In this document: piece after piece, positions 25,894 to 40,068 of the stretch | How positions within the stretch are numbered: position 1 is the first letter of the stretch | Layout of the letters: the number at the start of each line of letters is the position of its first letter | NCBI GenBank assembly: GCA_009914755.4 | Contig: CP086569.2 | Coordinates: 29,376,001 to 29,440,000, forward strand | Direction: 5' to 3' | Origin: the human T2T-CHM13v2.0 reference genome, Homo sapiens | Length of the DNA: 64,000 bases | Translations under genes and position numbers: made by a program | Notes under the pieces: model-generated | What the model was told of the DNA's origin: nothing | Databases searched by the model: none | The model's input: only the letters and a program-made list of their open reading frames with translations

Positions 25894-28800
25894 TTCGAGT
25901 GGAATGGAATCGAATATAATGGAGTCGAATGAAATGGAATTGAAAGGAATGGGATCGAATACAATGGAATATACTGGAATGTAACGTAATGAACTCGAAT
26001 GTAATTGACTGGAATGGAATGTACATGAATGGAATGTAATCGAATGGAAAGTAATCCAATGGAATAGAATCTAATGCAATAAAATCGACTCAAATAGAAT
26101 AGAATGTAATGGAATGGAGGGCAGTGCAATGGAATAGAATGGAATGGAATGCAATGCAATGGAATGTAATGGAATGGAATGGAATGGGATGGAATGGTAT
26201 GGAATGGATAGTAATGACTGGAGTGAAATGGACTGGAAAGGAATGGACTCAAATTGAAAGGGCTCGAAAGGAATGGAGTCAAATGGAATGGTCTGGAATG
26301 GAATGAACACGAATGTAATGCAATCCAATAGAATGGAATCGAATGGCATGGAATATAAAGAAATGGAATCGAAGAGAATGGAAACAAATGGAATGGAATT
26401 GAATGGAATGGAATTGAATGGAATGGGAAGGAATGGAGTGAAATTGTATGCAGTAGAAGAGAATCGAATGGAACGCAAGCGAAAGGAAAGGAATGGATTG
26501 CAATGGAATGGAATTCATTGGAATGGAAGGGAATGTAGTGTAATGGACAGGCCTGGAATAAAGTGGAATGCTACGGTCTCGAATGGAATAAAAATGTATG
26601 GAATGGAATGCAATGAAACGGAATCGAATGTCATAGAATGTAATGGAATGCAAAAAAATGGAATCCAAAATCATTGACTAGAAAGGCTGTGTGTCGAAAG
26701 GAATTGACTCCAATGGAATGGAATCGAATGGAATGGAAGTGAATAGAATCGAACTAAATCGAATGGAATGGAATTGATAGGAACGGAATGGAAAGGAATG
26801 CAATGATTTGGCATGGAATGGAATCGAATGGCATCGAATGGAATGGAATGGAATGCAATGGAAAGGAATGTATTAGAATGTAATGAACATTAATGGAATG
26901 TACTCGAATGGATTCGACTGGAATGGAATGTTCTAGAAGTGAATGGACTCCAATGGAATGGATTCGAAAGGAATGGAATCGAACGGAATGGCATCTAATG
27001 GAATGGAATTAAATGGAAATGAATCAAATTGAAAAGCACGGAATTGAATTGAATGGAATCGAATGCAATGGAATCTAATGAAACGGAAAGGAAAGGAATG
27101 GAATGGAATGGAATGGGCTGGAATGGAATGGAATCGAAACGAATGGAATGGAATCGAACTGAAGAGACTGGAATGGAATGCACTGGAATGGAAGGGAGTG
27201 TAATGGAAGGTTCTCGAAAAAAATGGAATCGAATGGAATGGAATTGAATGGAACGGAATAGAGTCGAATGGAATTGAATGGAATGGAATGGACTAGAGTG
27301 AAATGGAATCGAACCACAAGGAATGGACAGGAATAGAATGGTCTCGAATTGAAAGGAATCGTATGGAATGGCATCAAAAGGAATGGAATGGACAGCCACG
27401 GAATGGAATGCACTCGAATGCAATGGAGTCGAAACTAATGCACTGGAATAGAATGGACTCGACTGGTACGGACTCCAATGGAATGGAATCGAATGGAAGG
27501 GAATCGAACGCAATGGACTCGAAGGGAAAATACTGCAATGGAAAGGTCTCGAATGGAATGGAAATTAATGGAATGGAATGGAATCGAATGAAATGGAGTC
27601 AAAAGGAATGGAATCGAATGGCAAGAAATCGAATGTAATGGAATCACAAGGAATTGATGTGAACGGAACGGAATGGAATGGAATCCAAAGGAATGGAATA
27701 GAATGGAATGGAATCGAATGGAAAGGACTCGAATGGAAATCACTCGAATAGAATGCAATTTAATAAAATAGGATCAAATGTAATGGAATGGAATGGAAAG
27801 GAATCGAAATGAAAGGAATGGAGACAGATGGAATGGAATGGAACAGAGAGCAATGGTATAGAATGGAATGGAATCATCTGGAATGGAATTGAATGGAATG
27901 GAATAATATGAAATGGAATGGAATGGAATGTAATGCCCTTGAATTAAATGGACTGGAATGGAATGGACTCGAACAGAGTGGAATGGAAAGTGTTGAGATA
28001 GAATTGAATGGACTCCTTTGGAATGGTCTAGTATGCAATGCAATCGACTGGCAGGGAATCAAAAGGAATGTAATCGAATGGATTGGAGTGGAATGCAATG
28101 GACTCGAATAGATTGGAAACGGAATGTAAAGGAATGGAATGGAATAGTATGGAATGGAATGGAAAGGAATGGAGTGGAATAGACTAGAGTGGAATGGAAT
28201 GGACTGGAAAGCAATGGACTGGAATGGAACTTTCTTGAATGGACTGGAATCAAACGGAATGGAATGCAATGCAATCAAATGGCATGGAATAAAATAGAAT
28301 GAAAGAGAATCAAATGGAATTGAATCGAATGGAATCGAATGGATTGGAAAGGAATAGAATGGAATGGAATGGAATTGACTCAAATGGAATGGACTAGAAT
28401 GGAATGGATTCGAATGGAAGGCAAAGGAATGGAATCTATTGGAATGGACTGTAATGGAATGGAATGGAAGGGATTGGAATGGACTCGAATGGAATGGACT
28501 GCAATAGAAAGGATTCGAATGGAATGAAAAAGAATTGAATGGAATAGAACAGAGTGGAATCAAATCGAATGAAATGGAATGGAATAGAAAGGAATGGAAT
28601 GAAATGGAGTGGAAAGGATTCGAATGGAATGCAATCGAATGGAATGGAATCGAACGGAATGGAATAAAATGGAAGAAAACTGGCAAGAAATGGAATCGAA
28701 ATGAATGGAGTGTTATGGAACGGACTCAAAAGGAATTGAATGTAATAGAATGGAGTGGAGTGGACTCGAATATAATGGACTGGAATGGAATGAAATCACA

Positions 28801-29411
28801 TGGAATGGGAACGAATGGAATGGAATGGAATGGAAGGGAATGAAATTGAATCAACAGGAATGGAAGGGAATAGAATAGACGGTAATGGAATGGACTCGAA
28901 TAGAATGGACACGAATGCTCAAATTGAATGGACTCGAATGGAATGGAAAAGAAAGGAATGTCATCGAATGGAATTGAATCGATTGAAATGAAATCGCATA
29001 GAATGGAGTGGAATCAAATGGAATTGAATCGAAAGGAAAGGAAGCGAATGGACTGAAATGAAATGGAATGGAATTGAATGGAAAGTAATGCAATGGAATA
29101 AAATGGAACGAAATTTCACGGAATGGAATCAAACTGAATGGAATCAAATCAATGGAATATAATCAAATGGAATGGAAAGGAATAGAATGGAGTAGATTGG
29201 ATTGGATGGGATTGGAATGAAATGGAATGGAAAGGACTCGAATTTCAGGAAACAGAAGGGAATGAATTGGAACGGAATGGACTCGAATGGAATGGAATGT
29301 CATGGAATGGCATCAAATGGAATGGCATCAAATGGAATGGAATCGAATGCACTGGAATGCTATGGAATGGAATGGAATGCATTGGAATGGAATGTCCTCT
29401 AATGGAATGGA
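25894..29411. repeat. HOR unit 7 (3,518 bp). Carries a ~30 bp deletion near 28820.
   Basis: Landmark at 25894 and 29412. The sequence ggaatggaatggaatggaagggaatgaaattg at ~28810 lacks the segment aaggaatggaatcgaatggaaaggaatcgaatgg that other units have. Confidence 0.8.
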
Positions 29412-32400
29412 TTCGAGTGGAATGGAATCGAATATAATGGAGTCGAATGAAATGGAATTGAAATGAATGGGATCGAATACAATGGAATATACTGGAATGA
29501 AACGTAATGAACTCGAATGTAATTGACTGGAATGGGATGTACATGAATGGAATGTAATCGAATGGAAAGTAATCCAATGGAATAGAATCCAATGCAATAA
29601 AATCGACTCAGATAGAATAGAATATAATAGAATGGAGTGCAGTGCAATGGAATGGAATGGAATGGAATGCAATGGAATGGAATGGAATGGCATGGAATAG
29701 AATGGGACGGAATGGTATGGAATGGATAGTAATGGACTGGAGTGAAATGGGCTGGAAAGCAATGGACTCAATTTGAAAGCGCTCGAAACGAATGGAGTCA
29801 AATGGAATGGTCCGGAATGGAATGAACACGAATGTAATGCAATCCAATAGAATGGAATCGAATGGCATGGAATATAAAGAAATGGAATCGAAGAGAATGG
29901 AAACAAATGGAATGGAATTGAATGGAATGGGAACGAATGGAGTGAAATTGTATGCAGCAGAAGAGTATAGAATGGAATGCAAGCAAAAGGAAAGGAATGG
30001 ATTGGAATGGAATGGAATTCATTGGAATGGAAGGGAATGTAGTGTAATGGACAGGCCTGGAATAAAGTGGAATGCTACGGTCTCGAATGGAATAAAAATG
30101 TATGGAATGGAATGCAATGAAACGGAATCGAATGTCATAGAATGTAATGGAATGCAAAAAAATGGAATCCAAAATCATTGACTGGAAAGGCTGGGTGTCG
30201 AAAGGAATTGACTCCAATGGAATGGAATCGAATGGAATGGAAGTGAATAGATTCGAACTAAATCGAATGGAATGGAATTGATAGGAACTGAATGGAAAGG
30301 AATGCAATGCTTTGGCATGGAATGGAATCGAATGGCATCGAATGGAATGGAATGGAATGCAATGGAATGGAATGTATTAGAATGTAATGAACTTTAATGG
30401 AATGTACTCGAATGGATTCGATTGGAATGGAGTGTTCTGGAAGTGAATGGACTACAATGGAATGGATTCGAAAGAAATGGAATCGAACGGAATGGAATCT
30501 AATGGAATGGAATTAAATGGAAAGGAATCAAATTGAATAGCACGGAATTGAATTGAATGGAATCGAATGCAATGGAATCTAATGAAACGGAAAGGAAAGG
30601 AATAGAATGGAATGGAATGGGCTGTAATGGAAAGGAATCGAAACGAATGGAATGGAATCGAACTTAAGAGACTGGAATGGAATGCACTGGAATGGAAGGG
30701 AGTGTAATGGAAAGTTCTCGAAAAAAATGGAATCGAATGGAATGGAATTGAATGGAACGGAATTGAGTCGAATGGAATTGAATGGAATGGAATGGACTAG
30801 AGTGAAATGGAATCGAACCACAAGGAATGGACAGGAATAGAATGGTCTCGAATTGAATGGAATCGTATGGAATGGCATCAAACGGAATGGAATGGACAGC
30901 CACGGAATGGAATGCACTCGAATGCAATGGAGTCGAAACTAATGGACTGGAATAGAATGGACTCGACTGGTACGGACTCCAATGGAATGGAATCGAATGG
31001 AAGGGAATCGAACGGAATGGACTCGAAGGGAAAAGACTGCAATGGAAAGGTCTCGAATGGAATGGAAGTTAATGGAATGGAATGGAATCGAATGAAATGG
31101 AGTCAAAAGGAATGGAATCGAATGGCAAGAAATCGAATGTAATGGAATCGCAAGGAATTGATGTGAACGGAACGGAATGGAATGGAATCCAAAGGAATGG
31201 AATAGAATGGAATGGAATCGAATGGAAAGGACTCGAATGGAAATCACTCGAATAGAATGAAATTTAATAAAATAGGATCAAATGTAATGGAATGGAATGG
31301 AAAGGAATCAAAACGAAAGGAATGGAGACAGATGGAATGGAATGGAACAGAGAGCAATGGTATAGAATGGAATGGAATCATCTGGAATGGAATTGAATGG
31401 AATGGAATAATATGAAATGGAATGGAATGGAATGGAATGTCCTTGAATTAAATGGACTGGAATGGAATGGACTCGAACAGAGTGGAATGGAAAGTGTTGA
31501 GATAGAATGGAATGGACTCCTTTGGAATGGTCTAGTATGCAATGCAATCGACTGGCAGGGAATCAAAAGGAATGTAATCGAATGGATTGGACTGGAATGC
31601 AATGGACTCGAATAGATTGGAAACGGAATGTAAAGGAATGGAATGGAATAGTATGGAATGGAATGGAAAGGAATGGAGTGGAATAGACTAGAGTGGAATG
31701 GAATGGACTGGAAAGCAATGGACTGGAATGGAACTTTCTTGAATGGACTGGAATCAAACGGAATGGAATGCAATGCAATCAAATGGCATGGAATAAAATA
31801 GAATGAAAGAGAATCAAATGGAATTGAATCGAATGGAATCGAATGGATTGGAAAGGAATAGAATGGAATGGAATGGAATTGACTCAAATGGAATGGACTA
31901 GAATGGAATGGATTCGAATGGAAGGCAAAGGAATGGAATCTATTGGAATGGACTTTAATGGAATGGAATGGAAGGGATTGGAATGGACTCGAATGGAATG
32001 GACTGCAATAGAAAGGATTCGAATGGAATGAAAAAGAATTGAATGGAATAGAACAGAATGGAATCAAATCGAATGAAATGGAATGGAATAGAAAGGAATG
32101 GAATGAAATGGAATGGAAAGGATTCGAATGGAATGCAATCGAATGGAATGGAATCGAACGGAATGGAATAAAATGGAAGAAAACTGGCAAGAAATGGAAT
32201 CGAAATGAATGGAGTGTTACGGAACGGACTCAAAAGGAATTGAATGTAATAGAATGGAGTGGAGTGGACTCGAATATAATGGACTGGAATGGAATGAAAT
32301 CATATGGAATGGGAACGAATGGAATAGAATGGAAAGGAATGGAATCGAATGGAAAGGAATCGAATGGAAGGGAATGAAATTGAATCAACAGGAATGGAAG

Positions 32401-32944
32401 GGAATAGAATAGACGGTAATGGAATGGACTCGAATAGAATGGACACCAATGCTCAAATTGAATGGACTCGAATGGAATGGAAACGAAAGGAATGTCATCG
32501 AATGGAATTGAATCGATTGGAATGAAATCGCATAGAATGGAGTGGAATCAAATGGAATTGAATCGAAAGGAAAGGAAGCGAATGGACTGAAATGAAATGG
32601 AATGGAATTGAATGGAAAGTAATGCAATGGAATAGAATGGAACGAAATTTCACGGAATGGAATCAAACTGAATGGAATCAAATCAATGGAATCTAATCAA
32701 ATGGAATGGAAAGGAATTGAATGGAGTAGATTGGATTGGATGGGATTGGAATGAAATGTACTGGAAAGGACTCGAATTTCATGAAACGGAATGGAATGAA
32801 TTGGAACGGAATGGACTCGAATGGAATGGAATGTCATGGAATGGCATCAAATGGAATGGCATCAAATGGAATGGAATCGAATGCAATGGAATGCTATGGA
32901 ATGGAATGGAATGCATTGGAATGGAATGTCCTCTAATGGAATGG
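29412..32944. repeat. HOR unit 8 (3,533 bp)
   Basis: Landmark at 29412 and 32945. Carries diagnostic variants that recur in unit 10 at +7,153 bp. Confidence 0.8.
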
Positions 32945-35900
32945 ATTCGAGTGGAATGGAATCGAATATAATGGAGTCGAATGAAATGGAATTGAAAGGA
33001 ATGGGATCGAATACAATGGAATATACTGGAATGTAATGTAATGAGCTGGAATGTAATTGACTGGAATGGAATGTACATGAATGGAATGTAATCGAATGGA
33101 AAGTAATCCAATGGAATAGAATCTAATGCAATAATATCGACTCAGATAGAGTAGAATGTAATGGAATGGAGTGCAGTGAAATGGAATGGAATGGAATGGA
33201 ATGCAATGGAATGGAATGGAATGGAATGGAATGGAATGGAATGGAATGGAATGGGATGGAATGGTGTGGAATGGATAGTAATGGACTGGAGTGAAATGGA
33301 GTGGAAAGGAATGGACTCAAATTGAAAGGGCTCGAAAGGAATGGAGTCAAATGGAATGGTATGGAATGGAATGAACACGAATGTAAGGCAATCCAATAGA
33401 ATGGAATCGAATGGCATGGAATATAAAGAAATGGAATCGAAGAGAATGGAAACAAATGGAATGGAATTGAATGGAATGGAATTGAATGGAATGGGAACGA
33501 ATGGAGTGAAATTGTATGCAATAGAAGAGAATAGAATGGAATGCAAGCGAAAGGAAAGGAATAGATTGGAATGGAATGGAATTCATTGGAATGGAAGGGA
33601 ATGTAGTGTAATGGACAGGCCTGGAATAAAGTGGAATGCTACGGTCTCGAATGGAATAAAAATGTATGGAATGGAATGCAATGAAACGGAATCGAATGTC
33701 ATAGAATGTAATGGAATGCAAAAAATTGGAATCCAAAATCATTGACTGGAAAGGCTGGGTGTCGAAAGGAATTGACTCCAATGGAATGGAATCGAATGGA
33801 ATGGAAGTGAATAGAATCGAACTAAATCGAATGGAATGGAATTGATAGGAACGGAATGGAAAGGAATGCAATGATTTGGCATGGAATGGAATCGAATGGC
33901 ATCGAATGGAATGGAATGGAATGCAATGGAATGGAATGTATTAGAATGTAATGAACTTTAATGGAATGTACTCGAATGGATTCGACTGGAATGGAATGTT
34001 CTGGAAGTGAATGGACTCCAATGGAATGGATTCGAAAGGAATGGAATCGTACGGAATGGAATCTAATGGAATGGAATTAAATGGAAATGAATCAAATTGA
34101 ATAGCACGGAATTGAATTGAATGGAATCGAATGCAATGGAATCTAATGAAACGGAAAGGAAAGGAATGGAATGGAATGGAATGGGCTGGAATGGAAAGGA
34201 ATCGAAACGAATGGAATGGAATCGAACTGAAGAGACTGGAATGGAATGCACTGGAATGGAAGGGAGTGTAATGGAAGGTTCTCGAAAAAAATGGAATCGA
34301 ATGGAATGGAATTGAATGGAACGGAATAGAGTCGAATGGAATTGAATGGAATGGAATGGACTAGAGTGAAATGGAATCGAACCACAAGGAATGGACAGGA
34401 ATAGAATGGTCTCGAATTGAATGGAATCGTATGGAATGGCATCAAACGGAATGGAATGGACAGCCACGGAATGGAATGCACTCGAATGCAATGGAGTCGA
34501 AACTAATGGACTGGAATAGAATGGACTCGACTGGTACGGACTCCAATGGAATGGAATCGAATGGAAGGGAATCGAACGGAATGGACTCGAAGGGAAAAGA
34601 CTGCAATGGAAAGGTCTCGAATGGAATGGAAATTAATGGAATGGAATGGAATCGAATGAAATGGAGTCAAAAGGAATGGAATCGAATGGCAAGAAATCGA
34701 ATGTAATGGAATCGCAAGGAATTGATGTGAACGGAACGGAATGGAATGGAATCCAAAGGAATGGAATAGAATGGAATGGAATCGAATGGAAAGGACTCGA
34801 ATGGAAATCACTCGAATAGAATGCAATTTAATAAAATAGGATCAAATGTAATGGAATGGAATGGAAAGGAATCGAAACGAAAGGAATGGAGACAGATGGA
34901 ATGGAATGGAACAGAGAGCAATGGTATAGAATGGAATGGAATCATCTGGAATGGAATTGAATGGAATGGAATAATATGAAATGGAATGGAATGGAATGGA
35001 ATGGAATGCCCTTGAATTAAATGGACTGGAATGGAATGGACTCGAACAGAGTGGAATGGAAAGTGTTGAGATAGAATGGAATGGACTCCTTTGGAATGGT
35101 GTAGTATGCAATGCAATCGACTGGCAGGGAATCAAAAGGAATGTAATCGAATGGATTGGAGTGGAATGCAATGGACTCGAATAGATTGGAAACGGAATGC
35201 AAAGGAATGGAATGGAATAGTATGGAATGGAATGGAAAGGAATGGAGTGGAATAGACTAGAGTGGAATGGAATGGACTGGAAAGCAATGGACTGGAATGG
35301 AACTTTATTGAATGGACTGGAATCAAACGGAATGGAATGCAATGCAATCAAATGGCATGGAATAAAATAGAATGAAAGAGAATCAAATGGAATTGAATCG
35401 AATGGAATCGAATGGATTGGAAAGGAATAGAATGGAATGGAATGGAATTGACTCAAATGGAATGGACTAGAATGGAATGGATTCGAATGGAAGGCAAAGG
35501 AATGGAATCTATTGGAATGGACTGTAATGGAATGGAATGGAAGGGATTGGAATGGACTCGAATGGAATGGACTGCAATAGAAAGGATTCGAATGGAATGA
35601 AAAAGAATTGAATGGAATAGAACAGAATGGAATCAAATCGAATGAAATGGAATGGAATAGAAAGGAATGGAATGAAATGGAATGGAAAGGATTCGAATGG
35701 AATGCAATCGAATGGAATGGAATCGAACGGAATGGAATAAAATGGAAGAAAACTGGCAAGAAATGGAATCGAAATGAATGGAGTGTTATGGAACGGACTC
35801 AAAAGGAATTGAATGTAATAGAATGGAGTGGAGTGGACTCGAATATAATGGACTGGAATGGAATGAAATCACATGGAATGGGAACGAATGGAATGGAATG

Positions 35901-36514
35901 GAAAGGAATGGAATCGAATGGAAAGGAATCGAATGGAAGGGAATGAAATTGAATCAACAGGAATGGAAGGGAATAGAATAGACGGTAATGGAATGGACTC
36001 GAATAGAATGGACACGAATGCTCAAATTGAATGTACTCGAATGGAATGGAAACGAAAGGAATGTCATCGAATGGAATTGAATCGATTGGAATGAAATCGC
36101 ATAGAATGGAGTGGAATCAAATGGAATTGAATCGAAAGGAAAGGAAGCGAATGGACTGAAATGAAATGGAATGGAATTGAATGGAAAGTAATGCAATGGA
36201 ATAGAATGGAACGAAATTTCACGGAATGGAATCAAACTGAATGGAATCAAATCAATGGAATCAAATCAAATGGAATGGAAAGGAATTGAATGGAGTAGAT
36301 TGGATTGGATGGGATTGGAATGAAATGTACTGGAAAGGACTCGAATTTCATGAAACGGAATGGAATGAATTGGAACGGAATGGACTCGAATGGAATGGAA
36401 TGCCATGGAATGGCATCAAATGGAATGGCATCAAATGGAATGGAATCGAATGCAATGGAATGCTATGGAATGGAATGGAATGCATTGGAATGGAATGTCC
36501 TCTAATGGAATGGA
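32945..36514. repeat. HOR unit 9 (3,570 bp). Carries extra GGAAT pentamers (e.g. near 34980-35000 and 33200-33250).
   Basis: Landmark at 32945 and 36515. An extra ggaat in the atatgaaatgg(aatgg)n run fuses two stop-free frames into a 305-codon ORF on the minus strand. Confidence 0.8.
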
Positions 36515-39500
36515 TTCGAGTGGAATGGAATCGAATATAATGGAGTCGAATGAAATGGAATTGAAAGGAATGGGATCGAATACAATGGAATATACTGGAA
36601 TGTAATGTAATGAACTCGAATGTAATTGACTGGAATGGAATGTACATGAATGGAATGTAATCGAATGGAAAGTAATCCAATGGAATAGAATCTAATGCAA
36701 TAAAATCGACTCAGATAGAGTAGAATGTAACGGAATGGAGTGGAGTGCAATGGAATGGAATGGAATGGAATGCAATGGAATGGAATGGAATGGAATGGAA
36801 TGGAATGGAATGGAATGGAATGGAATGGGATGGAATGGGATGGAATGGTATGGAATGGATAGTAATGGACTGGAGTGAAATGGACTGGAAAGGAATGGAC
36901 TCAAATTGAAAGGGCTCGAAAGGAATGGAGTCAAATGGAATGGTCTGGAATGGAATGAACACGAATGTAATGCAATCCAATAGAATGGAATCGAATGGCA
37001 TGGAATATAAAGAAATGGAATCGAAGAGAATGGAAACAAATGGAATGGAATTGAATGGAATGGAATTGAATGGAATGGGAACGAATGGAGTGAAATTGTA
37101 TGCAGTAGAAGGGAATAGAATGGAATGCAAGCGAAAGGAAAGGAATGGATTGGAATGGAATGGAATTCATTGGAATGGAAGGGAATTTAGTGTAATGGAC
37201 AGGCCTGGAATAAAGTGGAATGCTACGGTCTCGAATGGAATAAAAATGTATGGAATGGAATGCAATGAAACGGAATCGAATGTCATAGAATGTAATGGAA
37301 TGCAACAAAATGGAATCCAAAATCATTGACTGGAAAGGCTGGGTGTCGAAAGGAATTGACTCCAATGGAATGGAATCGAATGGAATGGAAGTGAATAGAA
37401 TCGAACTAAATCGAATGGAATGGAATTGATAGGAACGGAATGGAAAGGAATGCAATGATTTGGCATGGAATGGAATCGAATGGCATCGAATGGAATGGAA
37501 TGGAATGCAATGGAATGGAATGTATTAGAATGTAATGAACTTTAATGGAATGTACTCAAATGGATTCGACTGGAATGGAATGTTCTGGAAGTGAATGGAC
37601 TACAATGGAATGGATTCAAAAGGAATGGAATCGTACGGAATGGAATCTAATGGAATGGAATTAAATGGAAATGAATCAAATTGAATAGCACGGAATTGAA
37701 TTGAATGGAATGGAATGCAATGGAATCTAATGAAACGGAAAGGAAAGGAATGGAATGGAATGGAATGGAATGGGCTGGAATGGAAAGGAATCGAAACGAA
37801 TGGAATGGAATCGAACTGAAGAGACTGGAATGGAATGCACTGGAATGGAAGGGAGTGTAATGGAAGGTTCTCGAAAAAAATGGAATCGAATGGAATGGAA
37901 TTGAATGGAACGGAATAGAGTCGAATGGAATTGAATGGAATGGAATGGACTAGAGTGAAATGGAATCGAACCACAAGGAATGGAGAGGAATAGAATGGTC
38001 TCGAATTGAATGGAATCGTATGGAATGGCATCAAACGGAATGGAATGGACAGCCACGGAATGGAATGCACTCGAATGCAATGGAGTCGAAACTAATGGAC
38101 TGGAATAGAATGGACTCGACTGGTACGGACTCCAATGGAATGGAATCGAATGGAAGGGAATCGAACGGAATGGACTCGAAGGGAAAAGACTGCAATGGAA
38201 AGGTCTCGAATGGAATGGAAATTAATGGCATGGAATGGAATCGAATGAAATGGAGTCAAAAGGAATGGAATCGAATGGCAAGAAATCGAATGTAATGGAA
38301 TCGCAAGGAATTGATGTGAACGGAACGGAATGGAATGGAATCCAAAGGAATGGAATAGAATGGAATGGAATCGAATGGAAAGGACTCGAATGGAAATCAC
38401 TCGAATAGAATGCAATTTAATAAAATAGGATCAAATGTAATGGAATGGAATGGAAAGGAATCAAAACGAAAGGAATGGAGTCAGATGGAATGGAATGGAA
38501 CAGAGAGCAATGGTATAGAATGGAATGGAATCATCTGGAATGGAATTGAATGGAATGGAATAATATGAAATGGAATGGAATGGAATGGAATGTCCTTGAA
38601 TTAAATGGACTGGAATGGAATGGACTCGAACAGAGTGGAATGGAAAGTGTTGAGATAGAATGGAATGGACTCCTTTGGAATGGTCTAGTATGCAATGCAA
38701 TCGACTGGCAGGGAATCAAAAGGAATGTAATGGAATGGATTGGACTGGAATGCAATGGACTCGAATAGATTGGAAACGGAATGTAAAGGAATGGAATGGA
38801 ATAGTATGGAATGGAATGGAAAGGAATGGAGTGGAATAGACTAGAGTGGAATGGAATGGACTCGAAAGCAATGGACTGGAATGGAACTTTCTTGAATGGA
38901 CTGGAATCAAACGGAATGGAATGCAATGCAATCAAATGGCATGGAATAAAATAGAATGAAAGAGAATCAAATGGAATTGAATCGAATGGAATCGAATGGA
39001 TTGGAAAGGAATAGAATGGAATGGAATGGAATTGACTCAAATGGAATGGACTAGAATGGAATGGATTCGAATGGAAGGCAAAGGAATGGAATCTATTGGA
39101 ATGGACTTTAATGGAATGGAATGGAAGGGATTGGAATGGACTCGAATGGAATGGACTGCAATAGAAAGGATTCGAATGGAATGAAAAAGAATTGAATGGA
39201 AGAGAACAGAATGGAATCAAATCGAATGAAATGGAATGGAATAGAAAGGAATGGAATGAAATGGAATGGAAAGGATTCGAATGGAATGCAATCGAATGGA
39301 ATGGAATCGAACGGAATGGAATAAAATGGAAGAAAACTGGCAAGAAATGGAATCGAAATGAATGGAGTGTTATGGAACGGACTCAAAAGGAATTGAATGT
39401 AATAGAATGGAGTGGAGTGGACTCGAATATAATGGACTGGAATGGAATGAAATCACATGGAATGGGAACGAATGGAATGGAATGGAATGGAAGGGAATGA

Positions 39501-40068
39501 AATTGAATCAACAGGAATGGAAGGGAATAGAATAGACGGTAATGGAATGGACTCGAATAGAATGGACACGAATGCTCAAATTGAATGGACTCGAATGGAA
39601 TGGAAAAGAAAGGAATGTCACCGAATGGAATTGAATCGATTGAAATGAAATCGCATAGAATGGAGTGGAATCAAATGGAATTGAATCGAAAGGAAAGGAA
39701 GCGAATGGACTGAAATGAAATGGAATGGAATTGAATGGAAAGTAATGCAATGGAATAAAATGGAACGAAATTTCACGGAATGGAATCAAACTGAATGGAA
39801 TCAAATCAATGGAATATAATCAAATGGAATGGAAAGGAATAGAATGGAGTAGATTGGATTGGATGGGATTGGAATGAAATGGAATGGAAAGGACTCGAAT
39901 TTCAGGAAACAGAAGGGAATGAATTGGAACGGAATGGACTCGAATGGAATGGAATGTCATGGAATGGCATCAAATGGAATGGCATCAAATGGAATGGAAT
40001 CGAATGCACTGGAATGCTATGGAATGGAATGGAATGCATTGGAATGGAATGTCCTCTAATGGAATGGA
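36515..40068. repeat. HOR unit 10 (3,554 bp). Mosaic: unit-8-like middle, and unit-7-like tail with the same ~30 bp deletion.
   Basis: Landmark at 36515 and 40069. The ~30 bp deletion recurs at ~39467, which is 28810+10,657. The variants giving MDFNG and SIKVH in the stop-free frames recur at +7,153 from unit 8. Confidence 0.75.

Noticed and set aside
29150-29260. Locally divergent stretch (aatagaatggagtagattggattggatgggattggaatgaaatggaatggaaaggactcgaatttcaggaaacagaaggg) that at first looked like a foreign insertion
   Set aside because: It aligns colinearly with the canonical segment gaattgaatggagtagatgggattggatgggattggaatgaaatgtactggaaaagactcgaattttatgaaacgg, differing by a cluster of substitutions and small indels. 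The same variant recurs at 39810-39910. It is a diverged unit variant, not an insertion.
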